DNA of 57,369 nt, from positions 1 to 57,369 of IMG/VR virus record IMGVR_UViG_3300037310_000117. One strand, given 5' to 3'. Made by a program: the position numbers and the translations under genes. The notes beneath the pieces were generated by a model that did no database searches, was not told the DNA's origin, and worked only from the letters and a program-made list of their open reading frames with translations. Source of the stretch: a virus. Its lineage: Duplodnaviria; Caudoviricetes. Positions 29,507-40,600 of the stretch are shown one piece after another. Each line of letters starts with the position of its first letter. Position 1 is the first letter of the stretch.

Positions 29507-29936
29507 CGCGACGGCAGCGCAGCTTGAAACGCAGGCGAATCAGGAGCGCGCCATTGCCCAATTGGAAGCGGCGCGGCGCAGGCGCGAAGGCAAGGCGCAG
29601 CTTTCACAACAAAAATCTCTCCTCGCCGATTCTGGGTTCGCATCGGACGATCCGTCGTCGTTGCATCTCATCAACGAAACCGTTGGCGCACAGACGCTCG
29701 AGGAGCTGCTTGTACTCGCGCAAGGCGAAGACGCGGCGCGTCAAACCGAGTTCCAGGCCCAGCAGGTCCGACAAGGCGGCGCCAGCGCGGCGCAGTCGGG
29801 GCGGCTCTCGGCGCTGATCTCCGTTGCGGAGGGATTCACGTCCTGGTATGATCGCTACGGCGGCGGCAGTCGGCGCACCGGCATTCAAAACGCGATCGGC
29901 ACAGGGCTGAAGCCGGCCAAAGTGCGGACTGGCTAG
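29367..29936 (+). CDS. Small internal virion/ejection protein (gp14-like)
   Basis: Ala/Gly-rich N-terminus, SAYGQYQQG, LADSG. Confidence 0.8.
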   Translation: MAWFAAAASSIGSFIGGNAAAIASLAAAGLSAYGQYQQGQAQQRQANATAAQLETQANQERAIAQLEAARRRREGKAQLSQQKSLLADSGFASDDPSSLHLINETVGAQTLEELLVLAQGEDAARQTEFQAQQVRQGGASAAQSGRLSALISVAEGFTSWYDRYGGGSRRTGIQNAIGTGLKPAKVRTG

Positions 29937-29938
29937 CT

Positions 29939-31594
29939 ATGGTCCGCCTTACCGGCCCGCTCGATGTCCCCTACGCATCTGTCCGAAACACGCGCCGCGT
30001 GGTGGAGCCGGCGCTTGATCAGAGCGGCGCACAGCTTGCGGCTGTCGGCGAAGCAACATCGCGCATTCTCAATCATGCACGCGACCAGCAGATCGAAAAC
30101 CAAGTTGCGGAAGCCGAGCTGACTACGCGGCGGCAGCTGGACGAGCTGCGTCTTGAGATCGAGAATGCGCCCGCTGAAGAGGGTGAGGATTACGGCGAGC
30201 GCTGGCAGCAACGGGCCGACGCGATCGTTCAGAACAACGCGGAGCGGCTGACTAGTCCAGCGCATCAGCGGCTCTGGCGCCAGCGCACCGGCGAAATGCT
30301 GGTGCGTGAGCGGGCGGCGGTGGATCAGTTCGCGCAGACACGCATGGTGGAGAGCGCGCGGGCTGGGCTGGTGGCCGCGGTGGGCGCAGCGCAGACGACG
30401 CTGGTGGATGAAAACGCCACGCCTCAAGCACGGGCCGCGGCGATGACTGTCATTGAAACGGCGGTGCGGCGAGCGGTGGCGCGGCGGACGATTGGGGCCG
30501 ATGACGGCGAGCGCATGATCCAGACGGCGCGCGCGAACCAGGCAGAATTTGAGCGAACGCAAGGCATGCGCGCGCGGGCGCAGGCGCTTGAAGATCAGAT
30601 CATCGCGGACAGTGGCGGAGACGCACGCGTGGCGCGGGAAATGGTGCTGGATATCGACGAACCCGCTTTGAGAGATATGACAGATGATCGTGTGACGACA
30701 CGCATTGCTCGTGATCGGGCGGCTCGTGAGGTCGCGCTCGACGATGCCATGGGTCGTGCTGCCGCACTAATCGAGCAAACCGGCTCGTTTGAGGGGTTGG
30801 CCCCTGCAGATCGCGCACTGATTACCGACCGTTTGCAGATGGACACGCTGCGGAACTATGTGCGCAACCGTGCCGGCGGCGCCGGAGTGGAAGCCACGAA
30901 CCGGATCAGCGAGGATCGGCGCGATGTCTTTCTGGCGCTGTCGAATGAGGAAGATACCGCCGCGGCAGTCGCGGAACTAGATCTCTACGCACCGCTCAGT
31001 GACGATGAAGCGGAAGTGCTTGGACTAGAGCCTGGGCGTAGCGTGGCAGATCAGGTCCGGCCGGGCCACCTCATGCAGATGCGCACGCGGCAGCGGCAGA
31101 TGCGCGGCGAAATCCCGCTGGGTGAAAACGTCACCATTGCGCAGCGCGCTTATACGATGCTGCGCAATTATGCGGAACCTGTCGCGCAAGCGGCGGGGGT
31201 CGGTCTTTCGGATCGTCAAGAAGATCGGGAGACTACGCGCATGTTCCGCGGCTTTTTGCTGCGGGAAGCAACGGCGTTCGTGGAGAACGAGCGCCGGTTG
31301 CCGAATCAGCGCGAGATCCAAGAGATCACCACGCTTGCGCTCACTGCATCGCGTCGTGAGGGCTTCTTTGGCCTTGGCGGCGCGACGAACCGTGTGTTCA
31401 TGGCGCGGCCAAATGCGGAGTACGGCTCCGATGTGCGCGTAGCCTTCTCGCGCATTCCTGAGTATCAGCGTCAGCGCCTAGTGCGGGCTTATATACAGCG
31501 CGGCGGTGTCATTCCAACCAACGAGGCAGAGGCGCGCGCGCTGATCGAAAACCTTTACCAGCAAGAGCTGGCCGGCACGACGGGTTTGGAGTGA
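29939..31594 (+). CDS. Internal virion/ejection protein (gp15-like)
   Basis: Helical 551-aa ORF in canonical position. Confidence 0.7.
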   Translation: MVRLTGPLDVPYASVRNTRRVVEPALDQSGAQLAAVGEATSRILNHARDQQIENQVAEAELTTRRQLDELRLEIENAPAEEGEDYGERWQQRADAIVQNNAERLTSPAHQRLWRQRTGEMLVRERAAVDQFAQTRMVESARAGLVAAVGAAQTTLVDENATPQARAAAMTVIETAVRRAVARRTIGADDGERMIQTARANQAEFERTQGMRARAQALEDQIIADSGGDARVAREMVLDIDEPALRDMTDDRVTTRIARDRAAREVALDDAMGRAAALIEQTGSFEGLAPADRALITDRLQMDTLRNYVRNRAGGAGVEATNRISEDRRDVFLALSNEEDTAAAVAELDLYAPLSDDEAEVLGLEPGRSVADQVRPGHLMQMRTRQRQMRGEIPLGENVTIAQRAYTMLRNYAEPVAQAAGVGLSDRQEDRETTRMFRGFLLREATAFVENERRLPNQREIQEITTLALTASRREGFFGLGGATNRVFMARPNAEYGSDVRVAFSRIPEYQRQRLVRAYIQRGGVIPTNEAEARALIENLYQQELAGTTGLE

Positions 31595-31602
31595 TCTGAA
31601 GC

Positions 31603-34600
31603 ATGCCTCCGCCGCCGGTCCCTACAGCGCTGTCTCTTTTCGACGCCGCGCGCGAGCGTGAAGAGTCGGAAGAAGAAGCGCGCCGCGCGCGCAACAATCT
31701 GATCGTTCAAAGCGGCATCGATCCCGAGATGGCGGCGGCGGCGCAACGCGATCCGATGGGCGGCATCCTCGGCCCTGGGTACGATCCGCGCCGTCTGGAG
31801 CGACAGCGCCGCGACGAATTGCTGGTAAGCACGTCGCCGCGGCTGCAGCGCTGGATGGCGGACCCGGCGAACGCCGCCATTGCATATGATGACGTGCATC
31901 CGCTGTCGTTCTGGGAGCGGCTGTCGGATATCAGCGATACCGTGTTTCACGGCTCGACGATGGACACGCGGACTGAGCGCGACATAGCGCGCACGCCGCT
32001 TGGGCGCCGCTGGGTGCAGGGACAGCGCAACGTCGAAATGGCGCGGCTGGGCAATCGCGCCAATCCCTATGCGATGCAGGGGACGCTCAGCGTCGATATT
32101 GGCGGGTCGCCGCTCAGTGTCGCGGAGTGGGCGCAATTGCAGCGGCTTGAACGGACGCCGCGCGCCGAAGGCGGCGGCATCCTGGGTACGGTCACGGAGC
32201 AGTTGCCGCAGATCTTCGGCGCGTTCGATGCGGCGGGGCGGCGCGCGATCCGTGACGCCAGCCGTTCGTGGCGCGAATCCATGGGATATCTGGACGGCGC
32301 CACACCGCTCGGAGCGATCGAGACGGTGGCGAATGCGCCGTTTGCGGCGCTGACGGCCGGCGCCATCGGTCTGCCGCGCGGGGCCGTGGGCTTCACTTAC
32401 GAGCAGGAAGCCGGTGCAGCGTTTCTCGAATTCCGGCAGATGGTCGATCGCCAAGGCAATCGGCTGGATCAGCGATTGGCTGGTGAAGCCGCCTCACAGG
32501 TCGGGCAGATCAATGCGGTGCTGGAATTTGCGGGCCTTAGCACATCGCTGAAAGCGGTTGGCGCCGGTCAATTACTGTCGCGGCTCACGCGCGGGGGCGT
32601 GCGCCAGGCGCTGCGGCGAATCGGCTACCGCGAAGCGCTGCGGCGCGTGGCGACGGGAACGGCTGGTGCTGCGCTTTCGGAAGGCGTGACTGAGCTGTCG
32701 CAAGAGGGCGTGACCATCATGCTCGGGCAGATGGCCCAGGCGGCGCAAGGCGGCGAGTGGGAAGCGCTGAGCGACGAAGAGCTGGCTGAGCGGCTGTGGG
32801 AAAGCTTCTCCGTCGGCGCCACGGTCGGCGGCGTGCTTGGCGGCGTCGGCGCCAGCGGCCGTTTCCTTAGCGACATAGACGATGTGCGCCGCGCCCGTGA
32901 CCAGCAGGCGTTGTTCGAAGCCATTGCGGACGGCGCGCAGTCGTCGGCGCTGCGGACGCGTGCTCCGGCGCGGTTTGCGTCTGCCGTCGATGCATTGGTC
33001 GCGGGCGGGCCGCTGGAACAGGTGACTATCGATCCCGACCGGTTCGTGGGCTACTTTGAGGACCGCGGCGAAGACGCGTTCGCTGTGGCGGACCAGCTCA
33101 GCGGCGTTGGCCGCGAAGCGCTGGAGCAGGCGCTCGAGAGCGGTGCGCCGCTGGCGATCCCGACCGGCACTTATGCCGCGCAGATTGCAGCGACCCCGCA
33201 CCATGCCGAATTGGCGCAGCATGTGCGGATGGGATCTGGCGCACTGACGCCGGCGGAAGTGGCGGCGCGGCTGGAGTTCGGGGTCGATCTGGAACGCGCT
33301 ACCAGCGAGGCGGCACGGTTGCAAGCGGAAGCGCGCGAAGTCGTGCGCGAAACCGAAAGCGTGCGCAGCCGGCTGATGGAGATGTTCACGGTCGCCGAAG
33401 GCTACACCGACGCGGCCAACGAGGCGTTCGCCACCTATTACGCCGAGTCGATCATCACGCTTGCGGAACGCGCTGGCATGAAGTCGTCAGAGCTGTTGGA
33501 CGCGATAAATCTGGAGATGCAGGGGCCGTTTGAGGCGCTGCGTGCCGAAGAGGGCGCGGTGCAAGGTGCGGAGTTTGAACAGCGTGGGCGGATTATTGAC
33601 GCACACACCGCGCGCGGCGAACGTCGGGAGGTGTACGTCAATCCTACGCAAGCGGATCTGTTGCGCCTGACGCGCCCGCCCTCAGGCGAGCCATCCTATA
33701 AGCACGACACGGTGCGCGCCATTCGTGCGGCAGATGGCACAGTATTTGTCGCACGCGCCTATGATCTGACGCATGATGAGATTGCGGCGGCGGCGGCAAA
33801 GGCGGGCACGCCGATTGCCGACTATTTGCCGCACATGCTGCCAGGCGATGCTCACGGCGTAGAAACCTACACGCTGCAGCGGCGGGGAAATGAGCTGTTT
33901 CGGGCGGCTGCGTTGTATCAACGTGATGAACAAGTAGCGCCATTCTATTCCGCTGTAGAGCGTGTGATCGCCGAATCCACCACCGCCCGCGCATCTGGCG
34001 CGCAATGGTGGTCAACCATTTCACGCGCCCCCGGCGTCAAGCGCGAAGAGCTTCAATGGATAGGGCTTGAGGATTTTCTGAAAGCGCGTGAGGGGCCAAT
34101 CCCCCGCGAAGAGGTTCTCCAGTTCGTTCGCGAGAATGGCGTAAGGGTTGAGGAGACGGTGCTGGGGGATAAAAACAAGCGTGACTTGTTGCCCCCGGAA
34201 GTGCAGCGTCATCGCCTTGAACTGATAGAGGAGAAGGATCGACTTCTGCGCGAGCACGATGAAATTCGCTCGCCCATGACCTATCGCGCCGACAATCCGC
34301 GCGTCGATGAAATCCAAGCGCGCGCGAAAGAGATTGACGACGAACTTTATCGCATCGCTGTGCAAGAGCAGGAAGCGTCAAACGCTGCTGAAGGGCTCGC
34401 CACCCGCTGGTCCCAATACACCCTCCCAGGAGGAGAGAATTATAGGGAACTGCTGCTGAGGTTGCCGCCAAATGACATGGCCCCCTCGGCAGCGGAAATT
34501 GCAGAAGCTAAGCGCATTGCAGAACAGAACGGCGATGATTGGGAACCGCTCGGGCCTAACGGGCGGCAGCGCTATCACGACTTGGCGGCGAGAAAGATCG

Positions 34601-37600
34601 ACACGAACTTCCGCAGCTCGCATTTCGACGCTCCGAACATCCTAGCCCACGTCCGCTTCAACGAGCGCACAGACGCCAACGGCGCGCGCACTCTCTTCAT
34701 AGAAGAGGTGCAGAGCGATTGGCATCAGGGGGGGAGGGAACGCGGGTATCGCGAGACTGCGCGCCCGGAGGACATGGCGCGCATCGAGGCGGCGGCCAGG
34801 GCGTCTGGCGTTCCGGCGCTCAATACGGCGGATGACTTGCTCAAGGCTTATCGCCAGGGACACATCTCCAATATCCAAGACGGTGAACTTCGCGCCGCCA
34901 TGGATCGCGTGATTGACGGCCAAGACCAACGCCGCGTCCCCGACGCCCCCTTCAAGAACAACGCCTGGGCCTCTTTGGCGCTGAAGCGGATGATAAGGTG
35001 GGCGGCTGAAAACGGGTTTGACCAGATCGCTTGGACGCGCGGGCAGCATCAGATCGAGCGGTTTAATCTGGCGACACAGGCTCGAAGCATTCGGTTGGTT
35101 CGGCGCGCGAACGGTGCTGAGGTGCTTGAAGCGCCACTCGTCGGAAATCTTCGCGAGACGAAGATCGTTGACATCACGCCTGAGCAGCCGCTTGAGGCCA
35201 TTATAGGCAAGGAGCTCGCTGACCGTGTTCGTGCGGCGCCGGAGAACGACTTTGGCGGCGGTGCGGCGACGGTACGCGAAATCAAAGGCGATGACTTACG
35301 TTTCGGCGGCGAAGGCATGCGCGCCTTCTACGACCGCATTCTCCCCAACATAGCCAACGATCTAGGGAAGAAGTTCGGGGCGAGGGTCGGGGAGACGGAG
35401 ATTCGTATTCCGCCGGATGGTGGCGCGTTGAGCATGCGGCGAACTGTTCCAGCGCACAACGAAACCGTCCACTCCCTCCCCATCACCCCGGAGATGCGGG
35501 AGATGGCTCTGGAGGGCCAGGCCCTATTCCAACCACCCAAACGCGGCGGCCCCGCCGGCGTCATCTACATGCCGCACCTCGTAGAGGGCGGCGACCTCCG
35601 GCAAGCGACGATCAAGCTGTTCGAAGGCCGCGATCTCAGCACGCCGTTACACGAAGGCGGGCACTTGTTTCTGGAAGTGCTGCAAATGCTGGCGAAGCGC
35701 GAGCCGAGCTTGCGGTCGCGTTTCCGTCAAGCGGGCGACAACGTGCCGATCAACGTCGTGCCAGACGGCGTGGTTACGGGCATCGCCAAGCCGAAGGCCG
35801 ATGCTGCGGAAGTCACCGCGGCGCTGGCTGAGCAGCACGAGGTCGTCACGACGTCATGGGGCGCAGAGCTGAGCGCACGCACCGGGAAGGATTACATCCT
35901 CACCGATCAGAAAGGCGACCGCTGGGTTGTGCGCCGCGATATCTTCGACGCGACTTATGTGCCGGCGGCGAAGGAGGGACAGTTCCGCAAGAACCCGGAC
36001 TTAGAAGTGGGCTACTGGATCAGCCCTGACACGCGCACGATCGAGACGCTGGAAGGTCCGGTAGAGGCCGCTCCCGGCGATTACGTGATGGTCGGTGCGG
36101 TCGGCGAGATGTGGCCGATGAAGCCGGTGCGTTTTGCGCAACGCAATGAGGTAGTGGAGTCGCGTGATCCGGCCGTACCGACGCAGTTGCAACGTGACTG
36201 GGCCACGGTGCTTGACTGGTTCGGCGTGACGCAGGAGCAGTGGGCCGGCTTCAACGTCGAGCAGAAGCGCAAGTACCACGAGCAGTGGGCGCGCGGGAAT
36301 GAAGCCTATCTGATGGAGGGCAAAGCCCCGAGCGCTGCGCTGCGCGATGTATTCGCGATGTTCAAACGCTGGCTGACGTTTATCTACAAGTCGGTGCAGG
36401 CGCTCAACGTGAACCTGACGCCGGCGATCCGTGAAGTTATGGACCGCATGGTGGCGAGCGACGAGGCAATCGAGGCGGCGCGCGCAGAACAGGCCGCTCC
36501 TGGCGCCGGTGGCGCAAACACCATGAGCCGCGAGCAATTCGGCGGCACTGACAAGCAGTACGCGCGCTACGTGCGCAACATCGAACGCGCGCGTGAGGAT
36601 GCGCTAGCCGACTTGGAGAAGGAAGCGTTAGGCGCGTTGGTGGCTGATCGCACACGCTGGTGGCGATCAGAGGAGGGCAAGACGCGCCGCGCTGTGGAGA
36701 TCGACCTCGATTCGGAACCGGCGCGCCGTGCCTACGATTGGCTCGCGACTGGTCGCTGGCGGCACGCCGCCAATCCGCCTGACGGACTGGAGCCGATGCG
36801 CATCTCTCCCGCGCTCGTGGTGGAGAATTACGGCCAGGCGACACTTGACGCGCTACCACCGGAAATCGCTGCGGCGGATTCTGAGCTACTGGTGGAGCAA
36901 GCCAAGGAAGCACGTGCGATCTTGCGCCGGAAAGAGCCGCTGCGGTTTGCATCATGGGTTCAGCAGCAAGGCGGTGTGCGCGATCCTAGTGGAGACGTGA
37001 AGGCGATTCTGGGCTCGGCAACGGTGCGGCCTGGACTGATCAACAACGCCACTGGGCTTGATCCTGACGAGATGGCGCTGCGGGCGTGGGAAGCGGGGTA
37101 CTTCGGCGTAGGACCGGGGCGGTTGCTGCAATCTGGCGTGAGCGATGCGGAGACTGGCGAGGTGTCGTTCTCCGACCCGCGTCTCACCGACAATGAGAAC
37201 AAAGCCGTCGAGATGAGGCTCAACGGCATGAGCAACGCCGACGCCGCTGACGAGATGCAAGTCGCGGAAGGCACTTACATCGACTACCTCGCATCGGCGC
37301 GGCGTAAGGGCGTCGACGTGCCGCGGGCGCAATCAGGTCCCGCACGCACCGTGCGCAACGATGTGCTGCGGCTGACGCAAGCGCATCCGCGCGAAACCTC
37401 TGAGCAGATCGCGGTGCGGCTGCGTGCGATGGGGCATGAGCGTACGACCGCGAAAAGCGTGCGTGCGGCATGGTCGCTGCTGCAGGCAGAGGGCGTGCTG
37501 GCGCCGGCGGCGGAGCGGGCTGCGCTGTTTCAGGGGGATAACGCTCCTGACGGAGGACAGGCGGGGGCGGGTAGCTATCGCATCGACAACCTGGGCCAAC

Positions 37601-40600
37601 TTTCCTACGAGCGTCCGGCAGGGCCGCCGCGCGTTCTCTATCACGGCACAGGCGCGGACGTAGACAGCTTTGCGCCGGGCTCGCACTTCGGAACGCAATC
37701 GGCCGCCAATCGGCGGCTGGCGGACAATGCCCCAGAGAACGCCCGTGTCTACGTCGTAGAGGCGCCAGCAGGCGACTATGTGCGCGTGACTGATGCGGGC
37801 GATGCTTGGGGCAGCGGAGAATACTGGACCGAGATGGCACGCAATCGCTCGCCGCGCAGTGATGCGGAAGTCGATCTGTTCCGCGCGCTGCGTAACGACA
37901 CGGAATTGCGCAGCCTGCGCGGCGAGGCGCTCTACGCGCGCCTTGACCAGCACTTCCGTGATCACGACTTCGCCGGCGCCATTTACGCCAACCAGTTTGA
38001 AGGGGGTGAGTCAGTTTTCATCCCGCGCGGCATCCCGAACGAACCGCCAAGAAGCGCGCCTGACGCAAGTCCTATCCACCCCGGTTTCGCTTTCTTCTCC
38101 GGCGAGCGCCCCACGGTGCGCGAGTTCTTAGACAAGCTCGATGGCGACCTCAAGAACACCCCCGCCTATACCATGGACGATGAAGCGCTGGTTGCTGCCC
38201 GCGCAGAAGCGCAAGCCATTGCCGACTGGTTCGCCGCGCGCGGGGTAAACATCAATGCCAAAGACACCACGTTGCGCGAGCAGATCAAGGGCATTGTCGC
38301 GCGCGAGGATGCGCAAGGCGTCGATCCCGATCTAGCCGCTAGCATTTTCGGTTTCGCTTCCGGCGAGGAGCTGCTCACGGCGCTCTCCACGCTGAAGCCG
38401 CGCCGTGAGGCCATCGAAGAAGAGACGCGCCGGCGCATGTTGCGCGCCTATGGCGATCCGTTCGCAGACGGTCAGATCATGGACGAAGCCCGGCTGGCCG
38501 TGCACCGCGAGGCGCGAGCTCGGGTGATTGAGCTAGAGCTCGATGCGATCGAGCGCGCCATTGGCGGGGGGTCGCGGCCGGTGTCGCGCGCAGCGCGTGA
38601 TATAGCCGAAGCGCAGATCGAACGCATGGCGGTGAAGCAAGTCCGCAAATTCGACTGGTTCCTGGGCAACGAGCGGCGCCACGCAAAGCAAGCGATGAAG
38701 GCACTCGAGGACGGCGACCTTTACGCCGCCCGCACCGCCAAGCATCGCCAGCTGGTGAATTTTCACCGCTATGCGCTGGCGCGGAAGGCGGCGAAGGAAC
38801 TAGACGCCGCGCAGCGCTACTTCCGCAAGTTCGAACGCAACGGCGTGCGCGAGAGCATCGATGCGGATTATCTGGATCAGATCGACGGATTGTTGGAGCA
38901 GTACGAGTTCCGGCGTATCAGCCAGAAGGCGGAGCGGCGGCGGATTGCGCTTTCGGCTTGGGCGACACAGATGGAGCAGCGCGGTCTCGGCCACATGGTC
39001 GCGATCGACCCGCGCATTCTAGAGGAAGCGAGGCGGCGCCCCTACTCGCAGTTAACGCTGGATGAAGTGCGCGCGCTGCACGATGCGGTGAAGAATATTG
39101 AGCACCTGGGGCGGCTGAAGGACAAGCTTCTGGATGCCGCCGATCGTCGCGCATTCCGGGAGACAGTGACCGATCTGGCTGAGCAGATGCAGGCTACGGG
39201 GCCGATTTCGCCAGCCGTGCGCCGCAATTATTCGCCGACGGCGATCGAGCGCGCGCAAGATCGCATGCGTGAGGCGCACGCCGAGATGACGCGCATGGAA
39301 TTTCTGTTCCGGTATCTCGATGGCGGCCAAGCCAATGGCCCGCTGTGGCGCGCGCTGTGGCTGCCGTTCGCACAGGCCGCTAACAAAGAAGCCGGCATGA
39401 TGAATGCGGCGACGCGCTCTATGGAGGCGATCTGGGCGCGCTACACGAACCGCGAGCGCACGCATATGTTCAAGCGCCGTATCGCCATGCCGGACTTGCC
39501 GGTGGGCGCGGCGACACATTACACCAAAGCCGAGCTGCTTTCGATCGCGCTCAATCTCGGTAACGAAGGCAATCTGCGCGCCTTGGTTGATGGCTTCGGC
39601 TGGGGCACTGCGCGCCAGGGCGTCGACGCTCTGACCGACGAGCAGTACGCTGCGGCGAAGGCGCAGATCATGTCCGCATTGTCGCGTGTGCTGGATACGC
39701 GAGATTGGCAGACCGTGCAAAGCATCTGGGATCTGACCGCGACGTTCCGTGACGAAGCTTTCGCTTTACAGAAAGACCTGACGGGCCTGGACACGGAAGC
39801 CGTCGAGTCCACGCCGCTGACGCTGGCTGACGGAACGGTGATTGCCGGCGGGTATTATCCGCTGAAATTCGATGCCGCACGCGACCGGCAAGTCAACAAG
39901 GAGGAGCAGCGCCAAAGCGTGCAGGAGCTGTTCGGCTCCAATTGGTCGCGGCCGATGACCCGCAAGGGGCACCTGATTGCACGGGTTGGCTCCGGCGGCC
40001 GTCCGGTTAAGCTGTCGCTCACAGTGTTCTCTGAGCATGTGCAGAACGTCGTGCATGACATCTCTTACCGCCGCGCGGTGATCGATGCGGACAAGATCAT
40101 CGGCGATGCGCAGTTCGCCGATGCGTTTGTCGCTGTGGCAGGCCAGCCGATGTACGACCAACTGCGGCCGTGGCTGCAGGCCATCGCCTCGGATCGTGTC
40201 GACCCGACGGCGTTCATGTGGAAGTTCCTGCAGAAGCTACGCGGCAACGTGGCGATTGCGGCGATGGGCTATCGCATCTCGACTGGCTTGCAGCAGATCA
40301 CCGGTCTGCTTCAAGCCGTCCCTCATCTTGGCGCCGCTGAGATGGCCGTCGCGCTGACCAAGCTGGTGCGCAATCCGGCGACGATTGCGCAGAAGGCGCG
40401 TGTAATCGCGAACAAATCGGAGTTCATGCGCAACCGTATGCAGACGCTCGATCGCGACATCCGCGAAACGCTGGAGCGGATGGAGACGACCGATAAGCTC
40501 TATCCGATTCGGCACAATGCCTTTGCACTGGTAGGCATGTTCGATTGGGCCGTCAGCGCAACTGTCTGGACCGCCGCTTACGACAAGGCGATGACTGGCA

